This document shows, piece after piece, positions 46,017-56,992 of a stretch of 64,000 nucleotides of DNA (its first letter is position 1; every line of letters starts with the position of its first letter). The position numbers and the translations under genes were made by a program. The notes under the pieces were generated by a model. The model did no database searches. It had not been told where the DNA came from and worked only from the letters and a program-made list of their open reading frames with translations. This stretch comes from Bacteroidota bacterium (lineage in GTDB: Bacteria; Bacteroidota; Bacteroidia; Bacteroidales; JABHKC01): NCBI GenBank assembly GCA_018692315.1, contig JABHKC010000068.1, positions 13,216 to 77,215 of the forward strand. The letters are read 5' to 3'.

Positions 46017-49000
46017 CTAATTAATCTGATAATTAATCTCCATCATTTTCAAATAATTTATAAAGTCATTAGAAAGTTTTATTTTAAATTTTCGTGAAAA
46101 CAGGTTTATGTGAATCTTGTCATCCGGTTCTACAATTGTAAATTTTAGTAAAACATCACCCTGATTCTTTTTCAAAGCCGTTGGAAATTCTTTCAAAAAA
46201 ACATCATTAATCTCGTTTAGTGATAGGTTTAAGGTAATAGATTTTATCTGTTTAGAAAGTTCCGAGAGCAAATCTATGCTATTAATTCTAAATTCTAAAT
46301 CCTCTTCGCTGCCATATCTTGGCGTAACTTTTCCTTTTATTACAACATAATAGTTGTTCACGAAAAATTGTTTAAGTTCTAAATATTTTTTCCCAAAAAC
46401 CCGAAATTTGTGCGAGCCTGAATAATCTTCCACACGCAAATCACCATATGGTTTTCCGTTTTTGCTTTGCAGACTATCGGCTTTGGTTACTAATCCTCCA
46501 AAAGTAAGTTCCTTATCTCTAAGTGGTTCAATATCTGCAAGTTTCGAAAGCTTGTCTTTACAAAAGGTATCAATTTCAAATCGATATTGATCTAATGGAT
46601 GTGCCGACAGATAAATTCCAATAGCCTCTTTTTCTTTATTTAGTTTTTGAAGTGCCGACCATTCTTCGCAAGCGAGTGGCTGTGGTTTTACAATAGTTGC
46701 TTCTTCTAAGTCTCCGAACAAACTGAATTGGGCAGATTGATTTTCTTCGTCAATCTTATTGGCATATTTTATTAGATGTTCAATAAAAGTCTGTTCGTTG
46801 AGATTTGCATGGAAATATTGGCTGCGGTTCAAATTCGAAATATTATCGAAAGCTCCTGAAACCGCCAGACTTTCCAGAGTTCGTTTGCTTACTGTTCGAA
46901 TATTTACTTTTTCGACAAAATCGTAAATGTCTTTAAAATTTCCTTTTTCTTTTCTTTTATTGATTATTTCGTTTACGGCAGCTTCACCCACTCCTTTTAT
47001 AGCTGCCATTCCAAAACGAATTTCGCCATTATTATTTACATTAAAACGGAGATGGCTCTCATTAACATCAGGACCTAAAACAGGAATTTTCATTCTTTGG
47101 CATTCTGCCATTAATTCGGTAATTTTTTCGATGTTGTTTAAATTTCGGCTCAAAACAGCCGCCATAAACTCGGCAGGGTAGTGGGCTTTTAGGTAAGCCA
47201 TCCTAAACGATACAAAAGCATAGCAAGTAGAGTGAGATTTGTTGAAAGCATATTCGGCAAATTTTTCCCAGTCTTTCCAAACTTTTTCAATTTTCTTCGT
47301 ATCTAAATTGTTTTCTGTGCAACCTACAACGAATTTTTCCCGCGATTCGTCCATCATGCTTTTGATTTTCTTTCCCATGGCTTTTCTTAGGGTGTCTGCC
47401 TGCCCTTTAGTGAAGTTTGCCATTTCCTGCGAAAGTAGCATCACCTGCTCTTGATAGACCGTAATACCGTAGGTTTCGCTCAAATATTTTTCCATTACCG
47501 GAAGGTCGTATTCAATTTTTTCTCTACCGTTTTTTCGTTTTATGTAGCTCGGAATATATTCAATTGGTCCTGGCCGATACAAAGCATTCATCGCAATAAT
47601 ATCCTCAAATCTGTTGGGTTTCAGCTCTTTCAGATATTTTCTCATTCCATCGGACTCAAACTGAAATACTCCGGTGGTATCGCCATTGCTATAAAGTTCA
47701 AATGTTTTTTTGTCTTCGAAAGAAATTTTGTCAATTTCGAGATCAAAATTTTTCGAAATTTTTATGTTTTCAATTGTATCTTTAATTATTGAAAGAGTTT
47801 TCAGACCGAGAAAATCCATTTTGAGCATTCCAGCTTTTTCAACATAATTTCCATCGTACTGAGTAACAGGCATTACTGCGTCTTTCAATTTGCTAAGTGG
47901 CACATGGTCTGTCAGATTATCTCTGCCGATAATTACACCGCAGGCATGAGTTCCAACATTCCGCACCGTACCTTCTAATGCCACGGCATATTTTAAGGTT
48001 CTTTTAATAAGTTCATTTTCAGAATTTTTTGCTGCTTTCAGCTCAGGAACTTTTTCGAATGCTTCTTTAAGTTTGGTGCCGGGTTTGTCTGGGACTAATT
48101 TTGCAAGACGATTTGACTCTGACAATGGTAAATTTTCTACTCTGGCAACATCGCGAATCGAATTTTTTGCTGCCATGCTTCCAAATGTTATTATTTGAGC
48201 TACACGTTCTTGTCCGTATTTTTCTACCACCCATTTCATAACTTTCGAGCGACCGTCTTCATCAAAATCAATATCAATATCCGGCATCGAAATTCTTTCG
48301 GGATTTAAAAAACGCTCGAATAGTAAATCGTATTTTATTGGGTCTATATCGGTAATTTTATTGCAATATGCCACAACCGAACCTGCTGCCGAACCTCGTC
48401 CAGGACCAACAGAAACTCCCATTTTTCTTGCCTGATGCAAAAAATCCTGAACAATTAAAAAATATCCCGGATATCCCATCCACTGAATTATATCCAACTC
48501 AAAATCAATTCGTCCTCTTATTTTTTCGCTTAGTTCAGGATACCTGATTTTTGCTCCTTCGTAAGTGAGATGTTTCAAGTATTCGTCAGCATTGGTATAG
48601 TTTTCAGGAATTGGAAAATCAGGCATAATTGCTTTTTGAAAAATTTCGTATTCCTCAACTTTATCTGCAATTTCCTGCGTATTTTTGATTGCTTCCGGCA
48701 AGTCGGCAAAAATTGCCTGCATCTCGTCGGATGTTTTAAACCATTCTTGTTTGGTATATCTCAGCCGGTTTGGGTCGTCGAAATCTTTTTGGGTACTCAA
48801 GCATATCAGCCGGTCGTGTGCTTCTGCATCTTCTTCGTTTACGAAATGCACATCGTTTGTTGCTATATATTTGATGTTGAGTTCGGTAGCAAGTTCGATG
48901 AGAGTTTTATTTACTTGCTCCTGATATTCGAAAACTCGTGCATCCATGCCCGGGACTTCCGATTTATGTCGCATAAGTTCGAGATAAAAATCTTCTCCAA

Positions 49001-49496
49001 ATATTTCTTTGTACTCTAATATTTTCTCTCGGGCTTTTTCTTTTCCAAAATTCATTATTGATTGTGGAACTTCTCCACCCAAACATGCAGAACTTGCAAT
49101 TATTCCTTCTTTATATTTTCTTAAAAGCTCTTTATCTACTCGTGGTTTATAATAAAAACCGTCTAAATTTGCTGTCGAAACAAGTTTTATTAAATTGTTG
49201 TATCCTATTTTATTTTTGGCAAGAAGTATAAGATGAAATCCTGAATTGTCTTCTTTTGTCGATTTTTGACTGATTCCTCTTCGGGCAACATAGGTTTCTA
49301 CTCCTATAATTGGTTTTATTTTCAGTTTTGTTGCTTTTGTGTGAAAATCAATTGCCCCATACATGTTTCCATGATCGGTGATAGCAACAGAATTCATACC
49401 ATCAGTTTTTGCCTTTTCAAGAAGTGTTGAAATTCGCGAAGCACCATCTAAAACCGAATATTCTGTATGTAAATGTAAATGTGTAAACTCAGCCAT
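46017..49496 (-). CDS. dnaE: DNA polymerase III subunit alpha
   Basis: 1159 aa. PHP domain FTHLHLHTEYSVLDGA, polymerase core PDIDIDF, OB-fold C-terminus. Confidence 0.97.
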   Translation of the reverse strand: MAEFTHLHLHTEYSVLDGASRISTLLEKAKTDGMNSVAITDHGNMYGAIDFHTKATKLKIKPIIGVETYVARRGISQKSTKEDNSGFHLILLAKNKIGYNNLIKLVSTANLDGFYYKPRVDKELLRKYKEGIIASSACLGGEVPQSIMNFGKEKAREKILEYKEIFGEDFYLELMRHKSEVPGMDARVFEYQEQVNKTLIELATELNIKYIATNDVHFVNEEDAEAHDRLICLSTQKDFDDPNRLRYTKQEWFKTSDEMQAIFADLPEAIKNTQEIADKVEEYEIFQKAIMPDFPIPENYTNADEYLKHLTYEGAKIRYPELSEKIRGRIDFELDIIQWMGYPGYFLIVQDFLHQARKMGVSVGPGRGSAAGSVVAYCNKITDIDPIKYDLLFERFLNPERISMPDIDIDFDEDGRSKVMKWVVEKYGQERVAQIITFGSMAAKNSIRDVARVENLPLSESNRLAKLVPDKPGTKLKEAFEKVPELKAAKNSENELIKRTLKYAVALEGTVRNVGTHACGVIIGRDNLTDHVPLSKLKDAVMPVTQYDGNYVEKAGMLKMDFLGLKTLSIIKDTIENIKISKNFDLEIDKISFEDKKTFELYSNGDTTGVFQFESDGMRKYLKELKPNRFEDIIAMNALYRPGPIEYIPSYIKRKNGREKIEYDLPVMEKYLSETYGITVYQEQVMLLSQEMANFTKGQADTLRKAMGKKIKSMMDESREKFVVGCTENNLDTKKIEKVWKDWEKFAEYAFNKSHSTCYAFVSFRMAYLKAHYPAEFMAAVLSRNLNNIEKITELMAECQRMKIPVLGPDVNESHLRFNVNNNGEIRFGMAAIKGVGEAAVNEIINKRKEKGNFKDIYDFVEKVNIRTVSKRTLESLAVSGAFDNISNLNRSQYFHANLNEQTFIEHLIKYANKIDEENQSAQFSLFGDLEEATIVKPQPLACEEWSALQKLNKEKEAIGIYLSAHPLDQYRFEIDTFCKDKLSKLADIEPLRDKELTFGGLVTKADSLQSKNGKPYGDLRVEDYSGSHKFRVFGKKYLELKQFFVNNYYVVIKGKVTPRYGSEEDLEFRINSIDLLSELSKQIKSITLNLSLNEINDVFLKEFPTALKKNQGDVLLKFTIVEPDDKIHINLFSRKFKIKLSNDFINYLKMMEINYQIN

Positions 49497-49631
49497 AATA
49501 TATTAGTTTGAAAGTCTGACATTTAATAATTTGCCATTCTTTCTCTATGAAATTTGTAAAATTAGAAATTATAAATTAATAAAATGTGTAGTTTTAGAAT
49601 GAATTTATGTTGTAAGAAAAATACTAAAGAT

Positions 49632-49639
49632 TATCTTTG
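49632..49639 (+). promoter_or_regulatory. Bacteroidota sigma-A -7 box (TATCTTTG)
   Basis: Matches TAnnTTTG, 33 nt upstream of ATG 49673. Confidence 0.5.
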
Positions 49640-49672
49640 TTGATTAAATGAACAACTGCAAAACAAAATATT

Positions 49673-50245
49673 ATGCTACAAAAAGATTTTAATCTACTTG
49701 AAATTCCAAATGAGTTTTACTCAGAATCAAATGGCAAAAAGTTTATTAACTGTAGCCTCTGCAACACTAACTTGATTGATACGAGAGATTATTATATAAT
49801 TGAAAAGGTTTTTGTAAAAAAAATTGGTTCAGAAAATAGAGAATTACTATTTGAATATGCGCTATGTGGAAAATGTCATCAAGATTTGCGGTCTGAATTG
49901 TCAGAGGAAAGCAAGAAAAATTTGGATATGTATTTCAAGCTCTATATAAAACCTATAGGTGAAATTAAAGATACTAAAGATTTTATTAAAAATAAACTCT
50001 CGAAATGTTTTGTTTCCAACAATAATGTTTTTGAATTAGATGAATATCAAATTATTGGGCATTTTCTTGAAGATAAAATTATGTTAGACATGGGTTTGCC
50101 TATTGTGATTGGACCTCAAGCAATTGAAGAAATTCAGGAATTACTTTCGAAACCAACAAAAGACATAATTGATGGTTTTACTGACAAGGTTTTGCCACCA
50201 CATTATCATGATATAGTTCCGCAGGATAAGTTTATTCTGATTTGA
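49673..50245 (+). CDS. hypothetical protein with CxxC...CxxC zinc-ribbon-like motif
   Basis: 190 aa. CSLCNTN ... CGKCHQD. Consensus -7 promoter box 33 nt upstream. Confidence 0.5.
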   Translation: MLQKDFNLLEIPNEFYSESNGKKFINCSLCNTNLIDTRDYYIIEKVFVKKIGSENRELLFEYALCGKCHQDLRSELSEESKKNLDMYFKLYIKPIGEIKDTKDFIKNKLSKCFVSNNNVFELDEYQIIGHFLEDKIMLDMGLPIVIGPQAIEEIQELLSKPTKDIIDGFTDKVLPPHYHDIVPQDKFILI

Positions 50246-50337
50246 TTTTTGTTGAAATTAAAATTTGTTTAAATAAAAGGAACTCAGAAAACGATTTCAA
50301 TTATATTTTCAAATCAAAACTGAAAGGATAAAATTGC

Positions 50338-50345
50338 TACTTTTG
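50338..50345 (+). promoter_or_regulatory. Bacteroidota sigma-A -7 box (TACTTTTG)
   Basis: Matches TAnnTTTG, 29 nt upstream of ATG 50375. Confidence 0.5.
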
Positions 50346-50374
50346 TTGTGAAAATTGATAAATAACTTAATGAA

Positions 50375-52531
50375 ATGATAATGAAAAGAACAATTTTTGC
50401 AGTAGTATTTTTTATTTCCCTATCAGCATTCTTACTTAATGCACAGGACAAACAATTAACCATAAATGATGCAGTTGTTGGTCAATGGACAAATTTGCGT
50501 CCCGAAAATATGTCGAATTTGCAATGGCGTGGAGACTTAGAATATTTTACATTTATTAAAGAAAACAAACTTATTCAGCAAAGTACGAAATCTTCGAGAG
50601 AAAAAACATTGCTGTGTTTAGATGGATTAAATAAAATTTTAAGCAAAAATAAAATAGACTCTATCAAACGGTTTCCGGCCGTTTCGTGGACTGATAATAA
50701 TACTTTTCTTTTTAAGCATAAAAAAAACAGATATTTTTATAATCTTAAATCAAAGAAAATTTCTCTTGGATTATGTGATATTAAAAATGCCAAAAATCTA
50801 ACAGCATCAAAAGCTAGAAAATATTACGCTTATACATTAGAAAACAATCTTCAAATAACTGATGTTGAAGGAAATATTTCGGAAGTTACAAAAGATGAGA
50901 ACATAGGAATTGTAAATGGGCAAACTGTTCATCGAAGCGAGTTTGGAATTCACAATGGGATTTTTTGGTCGCCTGACGGAAATTTTCTGGCTTTTTACCG
51001 TAAGGATGAAACTATGGTTACAGACTATCCCCTGGTAGATATTACAACTCGAGTTGCTGAGCTAAAAAATACAAAATATCCGATGGCAGGCATGACCAGC
51101 GAGCAAGTTACAGTCGGGATTTTCAATGTGAAAACAAAGAGCACAATTTTTCTAAAAACCGGTGAGCCAAAGGAGCAATATCTGACAAATATTTCGTGGA
51201 GCCCCGACGAAAAATATATTTTTGTTGCAGTTTTGAATCGTGGACAAAATCATATGAAATATAACAAATATGATGCATCTACCGGCAATTTTGTGAAAAC
51301 ACTTTTCGAGGAGAAACACGAAAAATATGTGGAACCTCAGCATCCTGCAATTTATTTGAAAACGGAACCCGAGAACTTTATTTGGCAAAGCCGCCGCGAT
51401 GGCTTCAATCATTTGTATATGTACGATACTGAAGGCAATCTCAAAAAACAACTTACTAATGGAGAATGGGCAGTAACAGAAATTATTTCCTTCGACAAAG
51501 ATGAAAAAAATCTGTTTTTTATGGCAACAAAAGAAAGTCCGCTCGAACGACATTTGTATAAACTCGAAATTAGCTCTGGCAAAATTGTAAAATTGACAAA
51601 CGAAAAAGGAACTCATAGAGTAAAAATCAGCAAATCAGGAAACTATTTTGTAGATAATTTTTCTAATACCAAAACTCCAAATCAATACGATATTGTATCT
51701 ACAAATGGAAAAGTCATTAGAAATGTACTGACGGCAGAAAATCCACTATCTGAATTTGATATGCCCGAAATGGAAATTTTCAGCATAAAAGCAGCCGACG
51801 AAAATACCGATATTTATTGCAGACTAATAAAACCGGCAAATTTTGACGAATCGAAAAAATATCCGGCAGTAGTTTATGTTTATGGCGGACCTCATGCTCA
51901 ACTTATTACTGAGTCGTGGCTTGGCGGAGCTAGAATGTGGCAATACTATATGGCTCAACGAGGATATGTAATGCTTACGGTCGATAGTAGAGGATCGGCT
52001 GGTAGAGGGCTCGAATTCGAAAATGTTATATTCCGAAATTTAGGGCAAGCCGAAATGGCAGACCAGATGAAAGGAATTGAATACCTGAAAAATCTCAATT
52101 TTGTGGATGCCGAACGCATTGGTGTGCACGGCTGGAGCTATGGAGGTTTTATGACAACATCGCTATTGACAAATTTTCCTGAAACTTTTAAGGTTGGTGT
52201 TGCAGGCGGTCCTGTTATCGACTGGAAATATTATGAAGTGATGTACGGCGAGCGTTATATGGATACACCAGAAGAAAATCCTGAAGGATACGAAAAAGCA
52301 AATTTGGTGAATCAAGCAGAAAATCTCAAAGGAAAACTCTTGATAATTCATGGGGCTATTGACCCGACCGTAGTTATTCAGAACAGCATGGATTTTGTAC
52401 AAAAATGTATTGACAAAAATATACCTATAGACTTTTTTGTTTATCCTAAAAGTGAACACAATGTCCGTGGTTACAATAGAATACATTTGATGGATAAAGT
52501 TTCGCAGTATTTCGATGATTATTTGAAATAA
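50375..52531 (+). CDS. dipeptidyl-peptidase IV-like S9B serine peptidase
   Basis: Signal peptide ...LLNAQ. DPPIV N-terminal propeller region. Catalytic GWSYGG plus a downstream Asp/His region (IHGAIDPTV, SEHNV). Confidence 0.9.
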   Translation: MIMKRTIFAVVFFISLSAFLLNAQDKQLTINDAVVGQWTNLRPENMSNLQWRGDLEYFTFIKENKLIQQSTKSSREKTLLCLDGLNKILSKNKIDSIKRFPAVSWTDNNTFLFKHKKNRYFYNLKSKKISLGLCDIKNAKNLTASKARKYYAYTLENNLQITDVEGNISEVTKDENIGIVNGQTVHRSEFGIHNGIFWSPDGNFLAFYRKDETMVTDYPLVDITTRVAELKNTKYPMAGMTSEQVTVGIFNVKTKSTIFLKTGEPKEQYLTNISWSPDEKYIFVAVLNRGQNHMKYNKYDASTGNFVKTLFEEKHEKYVEPQHPAIYLKTEPENFIWQSRRDGFNHLYMYDTEGNLKKQLTNGEWAVTEIISFDKDEKNLFFMATKESPLERHLYKLEISSGKIVKLTNEKGTHRVKISKSGNYFVDNFSNTKTPNQYDIVSTNGKVIRNVLTAENPLSEFDMPEMEIFSIKAADENTDIYCRLIKPANFDESKKYPAVVYVYGGPHAQLITESWLGGARMWQYYMAQRGYVMLTVDSRGSAGRGLEFENVIFRNLGQAEMADQMKGIEYLKNLNFVDAERIGVHGWSYGGFMTTSLLTNFPETFKVGVAGGPVIDWKYYEVMYGERYMDTPEENPEGYEKANLVNQAENLKGKLLIIHGAIDPTVVIQNSMDFVQKCIDKNIPIDFFVYPKSEHNVRGYNRIHLMDKVSQYFDDYLK

Positions 52532-52780
52532 GTTGAGTTTTTAAATTATGAGTTATGAAATATGATCCTTATAGCTATACGGAAAATCATAAATAATGAC
52601 AATTAATTCAAGCAGTTAGTAGAACATAAATCTTAAATCAATAGAGTTCCCTAAGATTGACCTTTTGAATGATATACAAATTGTCCAATTGTTAAGCGAA
52701 TTTGAAATAGATGATAATTGAAAATATAAATTATATAAAGTTGAATTTCCAATTTCCAATATCTATTGTTCAAATATTAT

Positions 52781-52788
52781 TATTTTTG
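52781..52788 (+). promoter_or_regulatory. Bacteroidota sigma-A -7 box (TATTTTTG)
   Basis: Matches TAnnTTTG, 38 nt upstream of the pfkA ATG 52827. Confidence 0.5.
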
Positions 52789-52826
52789 CCGGCTTTAAAT
52801 TTTGAATATTAACGAATGGATTAGAG

Positions 52827-53927
52827 ATGAAGAGAGTAATGGTACTGACCGGTGGAGGTGATTGCCCCGGATTAAATGCGGTGATAAGAGCTATTGTAAA
52901 ACGAGCTTCTCAGGAGAAAGAATGGGAGGTTATTGGTAGCATTCAGGCATTTAATGGAGTGCTTTGGGAACCAACTCAAATTAAGATATTAGATGCTAAA
53001 AGTGTAAAAGGTATTCACTATCAGGGTGGAACAATTATAGAAACAACCAATAAAGGAGGTCCGTTTGCTTGGCCTGTGAAAGACAAAAAAGGAAACTGGA
53101 CAAGTGCTGACCGTTCTGATGAATTACTTAGAAAACTTCAATATATGGGTGTAGAAGCTGTGATTAATATTGGCGGCGATGGTAGCCAGAAAATTTCACA
53201 GAAGCTTTACGAAAAAGGCTTGAATGTCATTGGTGTTCCAAAAACAATCGATAACGATTTGTCGGCAACAGATTCTACTTTTGGCTACCAAACTGCTGTT
53301 CAGATTGCTACCGAAGCTTTAGACAAGTTGGTTACAACGGCAGCTTCTCACAATCGGGTTTTTGGTATGGAGGTAATGGGAAGATTTGCAGGCTGGATTG
53401 CTCTGAATGCAGCAATTGCCGGAGGTGCTGATGTTTGCCTTATTCCTGAAATTCCTTACGATATAAATATTGTAAAAGAAAAACTTGAAAGCCGTTTTTA
53501 TAAAGATCGTGGATTTGGTATTTTGGTAGTTTCTGAAGGTGCCAGACCAAAAAATGGAACTATTCACTCTGAAGAGAGTAGCGAAGTTGGCTATGAAAAT
53601 TTAAAATTAGGTGGAATTGTTCATAAGGTTTTACGAGAATTGAAAGATGCCGGATTGAAAGCTGATATGCGCGACGTAATGTTAGGGCACCTGCAAAGAG
53701 GTGGTGTTCCTATTGCTTTCGACAGGGTTTTAGCGGCGCAGTTTGGAGTTAAAGCCTTTGAGATGGTTTTGAAAAAACAATTCGGGCATATGGTTTCGTA
53801 CCGACACCCCGATATTGTAGCAGTTCCTTTGAAAGATGCAATTGGCAAACCAAATCTGGTAACTCTTGACAACAGAATTGTACAGACAGTAAAAGGTTTG
53901 GATATTTCTTTGGGGGATGATATTTAG
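52827..53927 (+). CDS. pfkA: 6-phosphofructokinase
   Basis: MKRVMVLTGGGDCPGLNAVIRAIV, INIGGDGSQ, PKTIDNDL, MGRFAGWIAL, LGHLQRGG. Confidence 0.92.
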   Translation: MKRVMVLTGGGDCPGLNAVIRAIVKRASQEKEWEVIGSIQAFNGVLWEPTQIKILDAKSVKGIHYQGGTIIETTNKGGPFAWPVKDKKGNWTSADRSDELLRKLQYMGVEAVINIGGDGSQKISQKLYEKGLNVIGVPKTIDNDLSATDSTFGYQTAVQIATEALDKLVTTAASHNRVFGMEVMGRFAGWIALNAAIAGGADVCLIPEIPYDINIVKEKLESRFYKDRGFGILVVSEGARPKNGTIHSEESSEVGYENLKLGGIVHKVLRELKDAGLKADMRDVMLGHLQRGGVPIAFDRVLAAQFGVKAFEMVLKKQFGHMVSYRHPDIVAVPLKDAIGKPNLVTLDNRIVQTVKGLDISLGDDI

Positions 53928-53951
53928 AAATTAAGAATTTCTAAATCGTGG

Positions 53952-54027
53952 ATCCTTTGCGGTCTCAGCGTCTTAGCGAGATTTTTCAAGTTATACTTCT
54001 CACTAAGCCACGAAGCCGCAAAGGATT
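53952..54027. terminator. long GC-richer hairpin between convergent genes (possible bidirectional terminator / REP-like element)
   Basis: ATCCTTTGCGGTCTCAGCGTCTTAGCGAGA pairs with TCTCACTAAGCCACGAAGCCGCAAAGGAT. T-rich flanks on both strands. Confidence 0.5.
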
Positions 54028-54036
54028 TCTTTATAG

Positions 54037-56808
54037 TTATTTGTTAATAACAAAAGATATTGCTCCAAAATACTTATTTTGCTTCAATCTACAGAAATAA
54101 ATTCCGTTTGATAATCCAGTTAACTTTACATCAACTTTATTCTCTCCTTGGGCTAATTTATTTGTAACTAAATTTTTAACTAATTTGCCGCTTTCATCAA
54201 AGATGCCAATTTCAGCTCTATCTGATTTTTCTGAAGAAAACGAAAGGCTAATTTTATCAGAAGCAGGGTTTGGAAAAACTTTAAGCTCAATTTTTGCAAA
54301 TTCCGGATTTTCAGGTGTACCAATTATTTCGCTTACAGAATTGATATGTGTACTGAAAATCCCATTTCCGTGTGTCCCGGCTACTACCAATCCATCGGTT
54401 TCTCTGCAAATTACCATTTCTACTACTACATTCCCAATTTGCTCTGCCGACACTTGATGCCAAACAGTTGAATCGGAAATTAGAGTATCCGTAGCGTATA
54501 AACCAACACTGGTACCTGCAAAATACAGTTTTCCATCAGGTAATGGAAGAATAGAAATCCATCGAACAGAAGGGCCTGCACCTGCACCATTTGAAAATTC
54601 TTCAAGATTCCCCGAAACTTTAACCCAGTTAGTCCCGGCATCTTCAGTGTATTTAATACTATAAACTCCATAGTTTGTGTAAGAAACAACTACTTTGTTC
54701 GCATCATCGGGATCTATTGCTACACATCCAATATTACCGTTATCGAAAGTATAAGGAGCTATTCTTTCGTGTTCGGGGTCGCCGGTATGTGCATTCTCAA
54801 CTCTGTAAACAAATTTATTACTGGTGCCGTAATACACAATATTAGCAGGATTTTTAGAGACTGCAATGGAGGTTATTTCACTGCCTGTAAATCCTACAGT
54901 ATCTGTAAATTGAAACCATCCCATGCTTATAGAATCGTAATTCCCTGAAAGTGGAATATGTGACAAGCTATCGTTTCTCCAAAGTTTTGTTCCTGCTGCT
55001 ACATACATCAAATCACTATTATTTGGGTCCATCACGAAAGGATTAATAAATTGATAACCACTGCCACCAATTGGGTCAATTCGAGTGAATCCGGTTACTT
55101 CGCCATCGTTAGTTAAGGTACTTTTATATATTTTTCCATTTTGAATGGAAAGGCAATAAAATGCACTTCCTTCCGCAATTCCCATAAACGAACCATCGCC
55201 ATTTAATGGCATAACCCATTCGGTTTCAGGGTCGTCAGTATTTGCAAAAAAGTTGCCATTATCCTGAAAACCTCCAATTACAATATCATTAGTAGAGGAA
55301 AAATCGACCCCAACAGTATATATCTGAGTTGTTAAGTAGCCATTATTTAGTCTATCCCAAACAACCGTATCAGCAAATACATCATCTGTCCTGAAAATAC
55401 CTCCATCGTTAGCCGAAATCAAAACATTCGGGTCTGATGGTAAATACATTATCACATGCTGGTCGGGGTGGTGATTTTTATAAATCTGAAAGTTTTTAAG
55501 TACAGTCCCAATTTCATAGCCACCAATTTGCATAGTGTTGTTCGAGCTGCTAAAACCATCAGTAGAACGATAAAGATTTGTCCCTCCAATAAATACTGTA
55601 TTTGGATTATTGGGATTTATGCTTATTACCAAATTATAAGAACCTTGTGCGTTGAATTGATCGAAAGCTGTTCCGCTTGCCGGAATATTTTCCGAAAGGT
55701 TTTCCCAAATATTTGTAGAGTCGCTACCATCGCCGCTCACATAGGTATATTTCCAAAGGCTTGTATAATTGTTTTCGCCATACCAACTTAGGGTTACTTG
55801 TCCTGCATCTGGGGTTACTCCAAGAAAATATACTTGATTCTCGTTAGAAGGATTTATTGCTAAAACTATCCTTTCGTAATTATAGGGAAAAGTATCAACA
55901 GGTGTTATATTTGTCCAATTAGTACCATCCGCAGATCGCCAAATTCCTTTTTGTGAACCATCGCTGCTTAGGGTGGCGTATGCTACCCCTTGTGTAGAAA
56001 CTGCAATATCAGTAAAATAAGAACTTGAGCTACCGGATCCAAGTTGTGCTTCCCAGGTTTGGCCACCATCTGGACTTCGGTAAATTCTGCCATAGGTAGC
56101 CACAAATACTACATCTGCTGTGTCTATAGAAGGATCTGTAGTTATATTCCAGGCAAAATCAAAATCGCTATCAAAGTCCGTTACATCATCGCTGAGTGTA
56201 GATTCCAAAACTTGCCAACTCAAACCATTATCTGTAGATTTATAAACACCGTTTCCGTAATGATAAGCACCCGGGGCACTTGCTGAAGCACCATAAAGTT
56301 CACCGGTTCCGTAATACCAAATGTTTGTTTTTCCTGCTCGCTTGTCTTGAGTTATGCACGAGATATTATGAAAAAAATCTGGAGGTGTAATTTTTACCCA
56401 AGAGTTTCCGCTATCTGTAGATCTCCATACACCACCCGAAACAGCACCGGCAACAATGGTATTTTCATCGTTCAAATCAACTGCTGCTGCACGGGTTCGC
56501 CCGCCTACGTTCCAAGGTCCGCGTTTTGTCCAATTTATTGATTTCGATTTATTTAAATTTTTGGGAAGAGTTTTTGCGAATTCTAACTCTCTTCTTCGTA
56601 TATTTTCAGGAATTCTTCCGGTTTTTGGATCTTTAAGGCGGTTGATTTCCCAGGCAATTCTATCGGCCTGAAGGGAGGCATTTCCGCTTTCGCCAATTGT
56701 TCCAATAATTTGCTTAGTTTCAAATTTATCATTTTCTCTATTATTTAAAAGAAAAAACAAAGAAAAACTTGCAAGTACAATCAATAATTCAAATACTATC
56801 TTTTTCAT
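54037..56808 (-). CDS. secreted BNR/Asp-box repeat beta-propeller protein (sortilin/VPS10- or GH74-like) with T9SS C-terminal sorting domain
   Basis: Repeated SxDxGxxW boxes (STDSGNSW, STDNGLSW, SPDGGQTW, SADGTNW, TEDAGTNW). CTD VFPNPASDKISLSF...GIYFCRL. Confidence 0.75.
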   Translation of the reverse strand: MKKIVFELLIVLASFSLFFLLNNRENDKFETKQIIGTIGESGNASLQADRIAWEINRLKDPKTGRIPENIRRRELEFAKTLPKNLNKSKSINWTKRGPWNVGGRTRAAAVDLNDENTIVAGAVSGGVWRSTDSGNSWVKITPPDFFHNISCITQDKRAGKTNIWYYGTGELYGASASAPGAYHYGNGVYKSTDNGLSWQVLESTLSDDVTDFDSDFDFAWNITTDPSIDTADVVFVATYGRIYRSPDGGQTWEAQLGSGSSSSYFTDIAVSTQGVAYATLSSDGSQKGIWRSADGTNWTNITPVDTFPYNYERIVLAINPSNENQVYFLGVTPDAGQVTLSWYGENNYTSLWKYTYVSGDGSDSTNIWENLSENIPASGTAFDQFNAQGSYNLVISINPNNPNTVFIGGTNLYRSTDGFSSSNNTMQIGGYEIGTVLKNFQIYKNHHPDQHVIMYLPSDPNVLISANDGGIFRTDDVFADTVVWDRLNNGYLTTQIYTVGVDFSSTNDIVIGGFQDNGNFFANTDDPETEWVMPLNGDGSFMGIAEGSAFYCLSIQNGKIYKSTLTNDGEVTGFTRIDPIGGSGYQFINPFVMDPNNSDLMYVAAGTKLWRNDSLSHIPLSGNYDSISMGWFQFTDTVGFTGSEITSIAVSKNPANIVYYGTSNKFVYRVENAHTGDPEHERIAPYTFDNGNIGCVAIDPDDANKVVVSYTNYGVYSIKYTEDAGTNWVKVSGNLEEFSNGAGAGPSVRWISILPLPDGKLYFAGTSVGLYATDTLISDSTVWHQVSAEQIGNVVVEMVICRETDGLVVAGTHGNGIFSTHINSVSEIIGTPENPEFAKIELKVFPNPASDKISLSFSSEKSDRAEIGIFDESGKLVKNLVTNKLAQGENKVDVKLTGLSNGIYFCRLKQNKYFGAISFVINK

Positions 56809-56952
56809 AATCTATTTATAATTAGATAAATTCATAATTTCAAACAACAATTTCAAATATCAAAAATAGAAAGAATTAATTGAAAAATGGGATTTAATAT
56901 TAGATTTGAAAAATTTGTTAATAATTGATTTGTTTTTTTGTATAATATGCTT

Positions 56953-56960
56953 TATTTTTG
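56953..56960 (+). promoter_or_regulatory. Bacteroidota sigma-A -7 box (TATTTTTG)
   Basis: Matches TAnnTTTG, 32 nt upstream of ATG 56993. Confidence 0.5.
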
Positions 56961-56992
56961 GCTTAATATTAAAAATATAAAAAACGAAAATT

